Assembly: GCA_964549075.1 (NCBI GenBank)
Contig: CAZJUB010000004.1
Location: 18,232 to 82,231 of the forward strand
Origin: an uncultured archaeon
GTDB lineage: Archaea; Asgardarchaeota; Heimdallarchaeia; Heimdallarchaeales; Heimdallarchaeaceae
Direction: 5' to 3'
DNA length: 64,000 nt
Made by a program: the position numbers and the translations under genes. This document shows, one piece after another, positions 9,521-20,800 of the stretch. The first letter of the stretch is position 1, and each line of letters starts with the position of its first letter. Under the pieces are notes generated by a model. The model was not told the origin of the DNA and made no database searches. It worked only from the letters and a program-made list of their open reading frames with translations.

Positions 9521-10012
9521 TTGCCTAGAGATTTCAAATTATTTTATGGAGAAAAAGTGCCTGATGAGATATCAGACCATGTTGAAAGGCACTTAAACGA
9601 CACTTTTGGAATTCATTTTAGGTCAGTCGGACTTCGATTACCCAGTCAAATTTCTTGGGTTGCTACGGCTAATGCTTATGATGCAAAAAGCTTAATTGCT
9701 AATATTAATGCAGATAGAATCAACTTCTGTATGTGGCTGATTGCTTATCCTATTGTAGTGAATGGAAAATCTGTCTTCGGATATGCTGAACCTCTTAATG
9801 GTGCTGTTATCTCTACCACAAAAATGGCTACAAGAACTTTAATTGCTAAAGAAGTTGCTCATTTTGTTGGTATTGTCTTAGGGTTAACCAATTGTAAGAA
9901 TAATTGTTTAATGACAGAAACTGAAAGTTTTGAAAGGTTGGTTCAAAAGCCTTCTTATTTATGTGATTCATGTAAAATTAGATTTCAGAAACTTAAAATT
10001 AGGTATATGTAA
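9521..10012 (+). CDS. Archaemetzincin (M54)-like protein with degenerate catalytic site
   Basis: VFGYA…AVIST…KEVAHFVGIVLGLTNC-x3-CLM-x17-CDSC; TTG start. Confidence 0.75.
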   Translation: MPRDFKLFYGEKVPDEISDHVERHLNDTFGIHFRSVGLRLPSQISWVATANAYDAKSLIANINADRINFCMWLIAYPIVVNGKSVFGYAEPLNGAVISTTKMATRTLIAKEVAHFVGIVLGLTNCKNNCLMTETESFERLVQKPSYLCDSCKIRFQKLKIRYM

Positions 10013-10086
10013 TCTGCCATACTTGATGTACCAAAGTTTTTGAATAATATCTTTATCTTAAAATTAAAGCTATTCAGGAGAAAGTA

Positions 10087-12045
10087 ATGAGTATTCTAGC
10101 TTACCTTGAGAAAATTCTACATAAAATCGACAAAGTGTTGTTGAACCAAGGTTATACGGAAGATGAATTACATCAAGAAGGATTTCGAATTCTTGGAGAA
10201 TTATATTTACTCAGTAGTTTGGAAAGAAATGGTTTGTTAAATGCAAATGATAGTTTTCAAAATAAGCAGAAAGAAGTCGTAAATTCTTTTCCAACGATCT
10301 TATCAGGAAAAATAGATACTTTATGCAGTAGTGCTTATGATGATTTACTTAAGCTTAGAGAAAATTATCAAAAAGATTCTCAACTAGATATTCTTGGATC
10401 TTTATATCAGAATGTTCTTACAAGATGGTATATCCAAGATCAAGGGATTGTTTTTACACCTGTACCAATTGTAGAGTATATACTATCTCAAATAGACTTT
10501 CAATTAAATTCATTTCAAAAAGATGAGAATATAATTGATTTATCATGTGGTTCAGGAATTTTTCTTCGTAAAGCTGCAGAGAACGCAATTAAAAGTGCTA
10601 TCTTTAAGAATGAAGAATATAATTTTATCCAAGAATACGTAAATAAAAACATTATAGGTTTTGATATTGATCCTGATGCGATTTTTATTTCTCACATCAG
10701 TTTAACAGATCTTTTAATAGAAAAACTAAAACAAAATTACTCATTAGATATTAAATTTAATCCTAAAATTTTCCAAACAAATTCTTTAGTTGAGAATGAT
10801 AAAAATGATATCTTAGAAGTACAGAATCTCAAACATTCAAAGTTTAATTATGTAGTTGGTAATCCGCCTTATATAGAATCCAAAATTATGGATGAAGAAA
10901 CTAAACAAATATGTATTCAGCATTTTCCTGAAGCAGCTAGGGGTCATTTTGATGTTTATTCATGTTTTCTATCTTTAGGAACAAGAGTATTAACGAAGGG
11001 TGGAAAATTAGGTTATATTATTCCAAATAAATTTCTCAGCTCTAACTATGCTAGAAAACTAAGAGAAAAATATCTCTCTTCAAACTGTATTTCTCAGATA
11101 GTTGATTTATCACATAATGGTGTATTTCAACCTGCAGTATACCCTATAATTTTGATAATAGATAATCAAAATACTTTAAAAAATAGCATCAAAATTTCTC
11201 GAGCAAAAAGCCTTAACGACTTATCTCTTGATACTTTTTCTCATAACACAAAGATCGTAAAAACGAGTAATTTTCTTAAAACTTATAATAAAACAATTTT
11301 CATCCTTGAAAATCCAATATTAGATATGGTAAACAGGATTTTCTCAGCGAGTTCTTTGACTTTAGGTGAGTTAGTTAGATTTCGGTGGGCAATTTCGTTT
11401 CATAGAAAAGGATTGCGGGAATTGTTTGTATCAAAAGTCCCTCGAGGACACTCTCCTGTTAAATTTCTTGGGGGTAAAGCTTTTGGAGGAAATAGAGAAA
11501 TCAATCGTTATAACTTAAATTGGAAAGGTTATTGGATTGATTACGACCATAAAAAAGCAAAAAGTGTTAGGAATAATTTTCCTGATTATGAGTATTTTAA
11601 AAAAGAGAAAATTATAATTTGTCAGCATGCATTAAGAATAAGAGCAACAGTAGATTATGAAGGATATGCATGTAAAGATATTTTTATTATTGGGCATCTT
11701 ACAAAGAAATCAAGAGAATTAAGGATTAGTCTAGAATACATCCTAGCGTTACTAAATTCAGAACTATATAGTCATCTCTATTCAAATATGTATTCTAGTA
11801 CAGAAATTATGGGTAAATATCTTCACTACTTACCAATGTATCTACATGATCTTCCCGTAATAAAACCTACAGAAAGCGACATTGTATATCTAGAAAGTTT
11901 GGTGAAAAAAAGATTACAACAAGCAAGTGATGAGTTCTCCTCAATTGATGAAGAAATTGATCAGAAAGTCTATGAAATTTACAATTGTAGCAAAGAAGAG
12001 ATAGAACTAGCAAAAAAACATATAAAAGAATATCTAGTGAAATAA
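10087..12045 (+). CDS. Amino (N6-adenine/N4-cytosine) DNA methyltransferase, Eco57I/TaqI-like, with C-terminal target recognition domain
   Basis: GIVFTP, DLSCGSGIF (motif I), GFDID, VGNPPY (motif IV), LLNS…YL..LP, EIDQKVYEIY. Confidence 0.9.
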   Translation: MSILAYLEKILHKIDKVLLNQGYTEDELHQEGFRILGELYLLSSLERNGLLNANDSFQNKQKEVVNSFPTILSGKIDTLCSSAYDDLLKLRENYQKDSQLDILGSLYQNVLTRWYIQDQGIVFTPVPIVEYILSQIDFQLNSFQKDENIIDLSCGSGIFLRKAAENAIKSAIFKNEEYNFIQEYVNKNIIGFDIDPDAIFISHISLTDLLIEKLKQNYSLDIKFNPKIFQTNSLVENDKNDILEVQNLKHSKFNYVVGNPPYIESKIMDEETKQICIQHFPEAARGHFDVYSCFLSLGTRVLTKGGKLGYIIPNKFLSSNYARKLREKYLSSNCISQIVDLSHNGVFQPAVYPIILIIDNQNTLKNSIKISRAKSLNDLSLDTFSHNTKIVKTSNFLKTYNKTIFILENPILDMVNRIFSASSLTLGELVRFRWAISFHRKGLRELFVSKVPRGHSPVKFLGGKAFGGNREINRYNLNWKGYWIDYDHKKAKSVRNNFPDYEYFKKEKIIICQHALRIRATVDYEGYACKDIFIIGHLTKKSRELRISLEYILALLNSELYSHLYSNMYSSTEIMGKYLHYLPMYLHDLPVIKPTESDIVYLESLVKKRLQQASDEFSSIDEEIDQKVYEIYNCSKEEIELAKKHIKEYLVK

Positions 12046-12070
12046 GTGAGAGAAATAAAAACATCTGAAC

Positions 12071-14110
12071 TTGGTTGAGTTTATGTCAAAAGAGAGTACC
12101 GATGAGGTGATAAGTTCTTTTCAGGAGTTCATAAATAATCACCCAAAGCTACAAAAATCCTATGAAATCACCCGTTCTTTCCTTCATCGAAAAAGTACGG
12201 AAGGTAGCGAAGCTTTTAGAGAAAGTATGAGTAAAACTTGGTTTTTTACCCGAGAGAATATTATTCCTTATTTTGCTCCTCTTGCTTTCATCTTTCTATT
12301 GTTTTATTTCATATTTTTATACCCATTTATCAAACTATTTACTTGGTTATATCGAATTCTTTTACCTCCTAAGTTTCGTAATAATTTAAAGAAAGTTTCA
12401 TTTATCATTATTGCAGGTTTATTTACTTTTGTGTCAGTTGTAGGAAAGATACTTTTAGTTATTTATGATATCTTAGTTCCAACAGGATTACGAGAACTTG
12501 TACCTCTTCTTCAATTGTACAGAAAATATGTGTTAGTTATTTCAAATATCTTATCTGGAGAGAAATCTCAAGAGATTATGGAAGTATCAGAAGAGCTAGA
12601 TGAATTGATGCTAAAAGAACAAAAAATGATAAAGAATTATCCTATTAGAAGAGGAGTAGGTGAGGTCATCAATTTAGCTGTTACTCCTTTGGTATTTATA
12701 GCAATACCTACTCTTATTGTACGTATTTTTCGAATAGGTTATGCAACACTATTCTTTACTATAGATAAACTTTCAACTCTTGGTCCTCTAGGTCCTCATA
12801 ATTATCTAAGGTACTTTGATTTACTCAGATTGATTCAGGATTTAACAGGTTTAGGACCTATCTATTCTGTAGCTTTATTTGGTACTGGCTTACTTCTTGC
12901 AAGTTGGATCGCAACCATATTTGGACCAATTTATGCAGTATTTCACAGCTGTAGTGTTACCTTGATGAGGTTTGGATCATATCGTTGGGCTAATATTTAC
13001 CAAAGTCTAGAAAATTTCTTTTCTCTTCCTTATTATGCTGCAAAATCATCTTTCAGTTTCTTTGATGCTCCTCCGATATCAATCGAAACGTACAAGGATT
13101 TTAAATTGGTAATTGAGGATGAAGTAGATACGATAAAAGAGAAAGTTCAATCACTTATTGTTTTAGATAGTGTTAAAGTCCCTGAACGTTCCAAAGAGAT
13201 GTTAGAAGATCTTTTAGGGAAAGCTGAATTGACTTTAAATGAGCTTGATATTTCACGAATAGAACAAGAAACAGCTCGAACATTTGCACTTCTTATTTGG
13301 AGTAAAGAAGCATCAATTTTTCCTTGGATATCAAATGAAGCTAAAAGCACATTCGCTAAACAAAATGATATGTCTGTTGAAGAAGTAGGAAAAGCTTTTA
13401 GTTTGATTCTAAAGAAAATTGATGAAGGGTATCTCACAGATGATCTTTTTTCGTCTGTTTTAATAACCGGAGCTTTGAAAGGTATTAACGATCAACAAAA
13501 GAAATACAAACAGCTATTAGATGATATCGAATATAACAAACTAGCTATTTCCTTAGCTCTAGGAGCAAGACAATATCTAAAGGATCAATTTGCAAAAAAA
13601 CCTTGGTATAAGAAAATTGGAAAGAAGATTTTAATTTCATTAATTGCTCCTTTTATGCCTTTAGCTGTTATAATTCTAGCATTTTATAACTATTTCAAAC
13701 ACATAATTTTGTCAACATTAAAAGCAATCATTGCTTTAGGAACAACCCGTGTAGGTCGTTTTATTTCTAGAAGATTTCTAGAAATTCGTGATACCATCAT
13801 AACTACTTTTGACACAGTATCTTCGATGGGAAAAGAATTTAGCTTCAAAGAAGATTTGAATATAGATTTTAACAAGGCTCTCAAAATAACTGGAAAGATA
13901 ATATTTAGACTAATCTTTTTTGTACCAGTACTTCTTTATTCTCTTTACAAAACAATAAGAAGATTATTTTACAGGATCTTTAAAAGGAGAAGTGAGGAGG
14001 AAGGGATGAGAAGAAGGTTTGAAAGAGAATTAGCAAAAGCATCTCTTGTGGCAATGTATCAAGAGATTTATGATAAAATGTTAATCTCAGACTTATTAAT
14101 TACAGATTAA
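12071..14110 (+). CDS. Uncharacterised multi-pass membrane protein, paralog A
   Basis: Several hydrophobic/amphipathic segments; strong blocks shared with 14121-15911; alternative ATG at 12083. Confidence 0.8.
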   Translation: MVEFMSKESTDEVISSFQEFINNHPKLQKSYEITRSFLHRKSTEGSEAFRESMSKTWFFTRENIIPYFAPLAFIFLLFYFIFLYPFIKLFTWLYRILLPPKFRNNLKKVSFIIIAGLFTFVSVVGKILLVIYDILVPTGLRELVPLLQLYRKYVLVISNILSGEKSQEIMEVSEELDELMLKEQKMIKNYPIRRGVGEVINLAVTPLVFIAIPTLIVRIFRIGYATLFFTIDKLSTLGPLGPHNYLRYFDLLRLIQDLTGLGPIYSVALFGTGLLLASWIATIFGPIYAVFHSCSVTLMRFGSYRWANIYQSLENFFSLPYYAAKSSFSFFDAPPISIETYKDFKLVIEDEVDTIKEKVQSLIVLDSVKVPERSKEMLEDLLGKAELTLNELDISRIEQETARTFALLIWSKEASIFPWISNEAKSTFAKQNDMSVEEVGKAFSLILKKIDEGYLTDDLFSSVLITGALKGINDQQKKYKQLLDDIEYNKLAISLALGARQYLKDQFAKKPWYKKIGKKILISLIAPFMPLAVIILAFYNYFKHIILSTLKAIIALGTTRVGRFISRRFLEIRDTIITTFDTVSSMGKEFSFKEDLNIDFNKALKITGKIIFRLIFFVPVLLYSLYKTIRRLFYRIFKRRSEEEGMRRRFERELAKASLVAMYQEIYDKMLISDLLITD

Positions 14111-14120
14111 ATAGTGATAC

Positions 14121-15911
14121 TTGCGGAACATTAAAATTCTTTTAAGAAAATGTTTTTCAATGTCTTCTAGTGCTAATGTCAATCAAGCAGATGAAGAAAT
14201 AACTGAAAAAGAAGAAGAGATAAACAAAGAAGTATCTGAGGGAACTGGAGAAGAGGAGGAAAAATTTCAAAGTAAAAAGAAAGGCAAATTTACCTTTACA
14301 ATTCTTTCTGTAATAATATCAATTGTTTCTATTAGCACAAAATTCATGATAATTATTTATGATATTTTCATCCCAAAAGCACTTCGTGAATATGTTCCTT
14401 TTCTAAATATGGTTCGTAAAATTGCTTTACCCATTTCAGAGATACTTGCAGGAAAGAAATCAAAAGAAATAACTGAGGTAACAAATGAACTTGATGAATT
14501 GGATATTCAAAAAGAGAAGGTAATGAAAGCTTATCCTCTTCGAAGAACTATTGGGCAAGCGATAAGTATGGGTGTTTCTCCTCTTATTCTAATTGTAATT
14601 CCAACTATTATTTGGGGTGACACTTTGATCGACAAAATCCAACTAGCTCTTAATATACCAGAAGATTATCAATGGGTAATTTTTCTGCTATTGGGAACTA
14701 TTATGTTGATTTTATCATGGATTGTAACCGTTTTCGGACCGTTTTATGTTATTTTTCATAATTCGAGTAAATATATGCTAAAATTAGGAGCTTACAGGTG
14801 GGCAGCCATATTTCAAGATTTAGAAAATCTATTTGCTATCCCTTATTTTACTGCTAAATCTTCGTTTAGTTTTTTTGATGCACCTCCAATCTCAAGTGAG
14901 ACTCTAGAGGAATTTAAACTAGACATTAAAGACGAAGTAGAAACAGTTAAAGAGAAAGTGGAAGGATTGCTTGCACTCGACACGAAGAATGTTCCTGATC
15001 GATCAAAAGAACAGCTTGAGAAACTCCTCAAGAAAATAGAGATCCCATTGGAAAAATTAGATTTATCCAAAGTTAAAGATAGTACTGCTAGAACATTTGC
15101 ATTATTAATCTGGTCTAAAGAATCATCTATTCTTCCCTGGAGAAGACAAGATGCGTTAGAGAAATTTGCTGAAAGAAATAATCTAACTAATCAAGAAGTC
15201 AAGGAAGCTTTCATTCTCTTAAACAAAAAGAGAAAGGAAGAAGGTATATCTGAGGAAACTGTCAAGTCAATTCTTGTTACAGGAGCACTAAAAGGAATTG
15301 AGAAACAAGAAGAGAAATATGAACAAATAATGACAGATATTGAAGCTAACAAACTAGCCATTTCTTTAGCATTAGGTACAGAACAATATTTAGAAGACCT
15401 TTACTCAACACTTCCATTATTCTTAAAGATTCTAAAGGAAATTAGTTTTTCAATTTTAGCCTTTTTAATGCCATTTCTGCTTATAATTATAGCAATTTTA
15501 CTTTACATCAAACATGTCATCTTTACTCTGTTCAAGACATTATTTTCAAAAGATACCTTAAGGATTCATAGATATATTAAGAAAAGATATAAAGAAATCA
15601 AAAACACACTAGAAGAAACTTATCAATCTGTAAAAGAAAAAGGTAAGAAATTCAATTTCAAAGAAGATGTCGATATCGATTTCAAAGGCTTTTTCAAGAA
15701 AATTGGAAAAGGTTTCTTGAAACTTATTCTCGCTCTTATTAAATTAGCAATTCTATGGCCTTTATGGAAATCACTCTATATTCGTATAGCTAAACTTGTT
15801 GCAAATCGAAAACCAGAAGCAAAGATGAGAAAGATGTTTGAGAAAGAGCTCACAACAGAATCGTTGATTTTCATGTATCAAGAAGTATATGATAGATTAA
15901 TTATTCAATAG
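14121..15911 (+). CDS. Uncharacterised multi-pass membrane protein, paralog B
   Basis: Shares GxYRWA, AKSSFSFFDAPPIS, TARTFALLIWSKE, TGALKGI, NKLAISLALG, MYQExYD with paralog A; alternative ATG at 14160. Confidence 0.8.
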   Translation: MRNIKILLRKCFSMSSSANVNQADEEITEKEEEINKEVSEGTGEEEEKFQSKKKGKFTFTILSVIISIVSISTKFMIIIYDIFIPKALREYVPFLNMVRKIALPISEILAGKKSKEITEVTNELDELDIQKEKVMKAYPLRRTIGQAISMGVSPLILIVIPTIIWGDTLIDKIQLALNIPEDYQWVIFLLLGTIMLILSWIVTVFGPFYVIFHNSSKYMLKLGAYRWAAIFQDLENLFAIPYFTAKSSFSFFDAPPISSETLEEFKLDIKDEVETVKEKVEGLLALDTKNVPDRSKEQLEKLLKKIEIPLEKLDLSKVKDSTARTFALLIWSKESSILPWRRQDALEKFAERNNLTNQEVKEAFILLNKKRKEEGISEETVKSILVTGALKGIEKQEEKYEQIMTDIEANKLAISLALGTEQYLEDLYSTLPLFLKILKEISFSILAFLMPFLLIIIAILLYIKHVIFTLFKTLFSKDTLRIHRYIKKRYKEIKNTLEETYQSVKEKGKKFNFKEDVDIDFKGFFKKIGKGFLKLILALIKLAILWPLWKSLYIRIAKLVANRKPEAKMRKMFEKELTTESLIFMYQEVYDRLIIQ

Positions 15912-16003
15912 ATTTTTCTTCTGTTACTCAATTTTAGAAAACAAAACTTAAAAATGGATTACCTATCCGTTGGTTCACTAATATTATTACATAGGGTGAA
16001 GAA

Positions 16004-17107
16004 TTGACTATACAAGATCCACTTAAAGGGCAGAAATTTGGTCCTGCTATTGTATCTCTAGCTAATGCAGCTCGAGCTTTTGATGCTCCTGTACGTTATC
16101 CAATTTTATTTAACTCACCAAACGCTTTTACTTCCCCATGGGGAATGCCTAGAGCTTCTTCTTTTATAACGTTGATTGAACATTTCTTTGGAATACTCAT
16201 CTTATTACCCATTATAGGATTCTCAAGAGGTTTCAAGAAGTTGTTTTTAGCAATCAAATCATTCACTGTAAGAGATTGGATATCTCTGTTATACGTTTCA
16301 TTTGGTGGATCAGCATTGGGTTTATTCTTTTTTCTTATAGCAATGGGTTTAGGAAATCCAACTATTGCGATATTAGTCCAAAAAATACAACCACTTGTTA
16401 CCTTAGTTTTTGCTGTTATAATATTAAAAGAAAAATTATCACTTAGGTTCTATATTGCTCTTGGATTCTCACTTATAGGGATTGTATTAATGGCTATGCC
16501 TGATATTATAAAATTAGTAGAAGAAGGTGATTACACTGGTCTAATTGCAATACTATTCTCCCTAATTGCAGCAATCCTTTGGGGAGGTAGCACTGTTTTC
16601 GGTAGAATTCTTACTGAAAAAGTAGATTTTTGGGATCTAACTTTACTTCGATATGTTGGAGGATTTATATTCTTAATTTTCTTGAATATACCTCTAATGA
16701 CTTACAATTCTACTTATTTTGGATTTCTTCTCCAGAAACAGCATGTATTTGCTTATGAAAATCCAGCAGGTTCAGGTATTTTTGTTCCTGTTAATTGGCA
16801 ATGGATTATTATCTTAGCAATACTCTATTTTGCTTCTTTAACAGGTGGTGTTTTACCACTAATGTTATATTATTTTGGTCTTAAACGTTCAAAAGCAGCA
16901 ATAGCAGGATTATCAGAATTAGCTTTCCCTGTTTTAGCAATTATTGTCAATTACTACTTCTTAGGTTATGGACTAGATTGGTTTCAAGGTTCAGGAGCGC
17001 TTTTATTAGTTGTTACGATGTCTTTACTTTCATATATTAATGCAAAAGAAATGGAAAAGACAAAAAAACACGCTAGCAGTACAAATACGAAGGTTGAGAA
17101 AGAATAA
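16004..17107 (+). CDS. EamA/DMT-family transporter
   Basis: About 10 TM; QKIQPL…AVIILKE, AAILWGGSTVFGR, YYFGLKR…ELAFP. Confidence 0.85.
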   Translation: MTIQDPLKGQKFGPAIVSLANAARAFDAPVRYPILFNSPNAFTSPWGMPRASSFITLIEHFFGILILLPIIGFSRGFKKLFLAIKSFTVRDWISLLYVSFGGSALGLFFFLIAMGLGNPTIAILVQKIQPLVTLVFAVIILKEKLSLRFYIALGFSLIGIVLMAMPDIIKLVEEGDYTGLIAILFSLIAAILWGGSTVFGRILTEKVDFWDLTLLRYVGGFIFLIFLNIPLMTYNSTYFGFLLQKQHVFAYENPAGSGIFVPVNWQWIIILAILYFASLTGGVLPLMLYYFGLKRSKAAIAGLSELAFPVLAIIVNYYFLGYGLDWFQGSGALLLVVTMSLLSYINAKEMEKTKKHASSTNTKVEKE

Positions 17108-17120
17108 AATTGTATTTTTT

Positions 17121-17684
17121 TCACCAATCTATTCCAAAAATTATTTCTAGTTCGAAAGGACTTATTATTTTTCCTTGATTGAAGTTCAAAAGTGTAATCC
17201 TATTGTTCAGATAAGATTTCAAATCTTTTATAATAACCTCATATCCCTCTTTATCAACTTCTTTATCAAGATGTAGCGTAACAGTAAAAATCTTCATGGC
17301 ACTATCATATTCAGTTTCAACATCAGCAACTAAATGAGCGAAGAATCTTGAGTTAAACATTTCATCTATTTCATTATATCGTTCTGTTAAAAACCACGCA
17401 GGAACTAATTCTTCCTCTTCTTCTGCAACTTCCTTATATGATTTTTTCTTCTTATCATGATATACACTAAGTAATTTAAAAATAAGCTCATCTACTCTGA
17501 GCTTAAGATATTCATTCAAGGTTTCACTTTTCAACAGCTTTGCTTTGACATGTTCAAAGTAATCTGAGAACATGTCGTCACTATAATGAATCATCTTTGA
17601 ATCAAACCAATTTCCTACTGTTTCCAGAATCGAATTCAGGTCCAATTCAAAAATCAATGTTTCAACCTTTTCTTCATCACTCAT
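17121..17684 (-). CDS. Hypothetical acidic cytoplasmic protein
   Basis: Long ORF with GTGAT RBS then ATG; no motif recognised. Confidence 0.65.
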   Translation of the reverse strand: MSDEEKVETLIFELDLNSILETVGNWFDSKMIHYSDDMFSDYFEHVKAKLLKSETLNEYLKLRVDELIFKLLSVYHDKKKKSYKEVAEEEEELVPAWFLTERYNEIDEMFNSRFFAHLVADVETEYDSAMKIFTVTLHLDKEVDKEGYEVIIKDLKSYLNNRITLLNFNQGKIISPFELEIIFGIDW

Positions 17685-17858
17685 TGATATCACTTTTATG
17701 AAGTGAGATTAGTATACTTAATCCAAACTTGTTTAAATAGTATTCTGTGATATCAAGAAAATTTATTTAGAAAAAGGATAGTAATTGAATATATTAAATT
17801 GTATTACCCTTACATTAAGCTTTATTAGTTACAAAAATCAGAAAATAATAGGGGTTCT

Positions 17859-20800
17859 ATGAAATTAAATTTTTCAACTGCTATTATCATCAGTATTGTA
17901 TTTACATCCTTTCTTCTTAATCCACAATTGATCTCATTAATAAATAAATCTAATAATCAATCAACAGAATCAAGTCCAGAAACGCAAACAAATAATATTC
18001 CTAATTATGATGACGATGTTTCTACCATTAAAAAAATTGAAACACCAGGTCATTATGCATTAAAAGCATTTTTTTCACAAAATAACATCATAAATATAGG
18101 TCCTGAAGGCGATGCTTTAGAATGGGTTAGCTATGATGACATACGATATTCAGGATGGTCAAGTAGTTATTCAACCATGGATTTCAGAATTGATAGTAGT
18201 TACACATATAATCCTGATTGTTGGCCAAATCAAGTTGATACATATACCTACATGAGAGATAATGGATATCCCTATCCTGTTTCAGTAATGTATAGCCCTG
18301 TTTTTGAAGAAGAAACATATATTCAAGGTAAAGTTCATTTTTTGACATATCTTCGAACAAATTTCGATTATGCTTATTCATTAACTATAACTTTTCGAAT
18401 TAGACTCATGCTTTTCAATACTACAGATTCAACATCATCAGAGATTATATCGATAGAAGATGATTTAGGTTATGATGATTACACACAAGCAATTACTTAT
18501 GATTACACCTTAGGTTCGCCAGTAACAATACCAGCTGGATTTCGGCTTAAAGTAGCTTATGATGCAAAATTATCTACTCTAAGTTATTCTGGAAATATGT
18601 TTCTATATGCAGGAGACAGAGGATATAACACTTTACATTGGAATATTTATGATGGAGATTATTCTGCGTATTATTCAATATCAAGTACTGATGAGATTTT
18701 AGGAGTTCAATTCGATATGTATGATACCATTTATCCTAATATCATAACTTCAGGATTTAGTAATAACACTATTTATCAAGAAAATAAAACAATTTCAATT
18801 GATGTATCAGGAGCAGAAGATAGTTCCTATACTTGGGATTATGGAACACCTGTTAGTTTTGGTACTTATACAACCACAGATTTACCTTTTACCATGGGCT
18901 GGCACACTTTAGCAGTACAAGCTCTAGATGAGTATGAGAACAACAAGACAATGATTTATGAAATAGGTTATGATGGTTCAATAATTAATATTGCTCTTCA
19001 GAGTCCAAGTAACAATTCAGTTGTTGGTAAAGGAGAAATTCTTGATTTTGAGATATTTAGTATAGATTATGCAACGTATGAATGGGATAATAGTGGAACG
19101 CAAAATAATTTAACATCACCAGAATATGACATTATTGCGCCAGCATTTGATGGAATTCACAATTTAACAATTACAACACATGATGTTTTTGAAACTAAAT
19201 CTTTCTATTATGAATTTAATTTTGATGGTATAGCACCAGCTATAAATCTCGTAGATGCTAGTGTGTCTAACAATTCTATACAACCAGCTGGGAAACTCAT
19301 TGACATCAATGTAACAGATCCTGTAGGAGTAGCTGAAGTGTATTATAAATGGGATTCAAGAGATAATTTTACTTGGTATGCTTTTGATGGATCTATCTAT
19401 AGAACATATTTACCAGAATCGGCTGGAGTTCATACCCTTTATGTCTCAGCTAAAGATAATTATGACAATGCAATTAGTTTAGTTTTCCGTTTTACAGCTC
19501 AATTAAATCAAATATTAGTGGAATTAAGAAATGTTAATGACAACTCATACTTTCAAGGTAACAATGTTATAGAAGTAACTATGCTTGGAATTAATAATAC
19601 GATAAAATATAAATGGGACTCAGGAAGCGAATTAGATGGTTTATTAGATGCGTTTTATGTTAATTCAACGTTGATTCTAAATGGAACTAATGTTCTTCCT
19701 TATTCACCCTTAGGAGAACATTATTTGACTATTAGAACCTTTGATACATCTGATATGCAGCATATTTATATTTTTAAATTTACTTTGGATAGAGAAGCTC
19801 CTGTAATTCTCACAGACAAACTGGAATATGATGGGAAAAGATTTCTTGATACTGATACTTTACAATTTTCTTTTAGTGACAATTTTGCTTCAGTGTCTCA
19901 GTTAGATGTAATCCTTTCTGTTGATGGAATTACAAACCATTCTCTTATATACCCTTACAATTTTAATCTTCTCTCACTATCTGATGGAACATATAATTTA
20001 ACTATATATGTTTATGATATTGCAGATAATTTCGCGATAAGATCCTATCTAATAACTATAGATAATACTGCTCCTGAGATAGAAATCATTAATATGGAAG
20101 ATATAGTTTATCTGCAAGGTCAGTATTATATTCCAGGTGATTTTAATGTATCTGTCTTAATAACAGATGATGATAGTCAGATTAACAGTACATATTCATG
20201 GGGAGGAACAGAATATAATGATTTCAGTAATTCTTTCATCTTAAGTTTTATAGATGGAACTTCAGTCTTGTATATAAATGCAAGTGATTCTTTAGGAAAT
20301 CATGAAGAAATTTCTATAACATTAACAATAGATAGTACAGCTCCTATATCCACCTTAGTCTTTCCTTTTATTAATTCTAAAATCAATAGTAATACAACTT
20401 TAGATTTTGTTATTGAAGATATATCAAGAGCTACAATTGAAACTATATATTATACGTGGGATTATATTCCAGCAGCTATATTTTTTCCATTAACATTTAA
20501 TAGTCTAGGCGAAGCAACATTCGATGGATATCCAGAATCTTTCTATCCAGCAAATGGCACAACAGCTGTTTTGTCAGTTTATGTAGAAGATATAGTTGGG
20601 AATAACCATACATATACATATAGTTTTGTTGTTGATAATGAAGGACCAAATTATAATCTGCAACTATACAACGAGGATACTGAACAATGGGAAATTCTAA
20701 AAATTACAGAGACTTATCTTATAACTAATGATTCATTGATTAGAATAGTTGCAGAAAATACTGAAGATACTTTTAATTATTTCTGGAATAATGAAACAGA

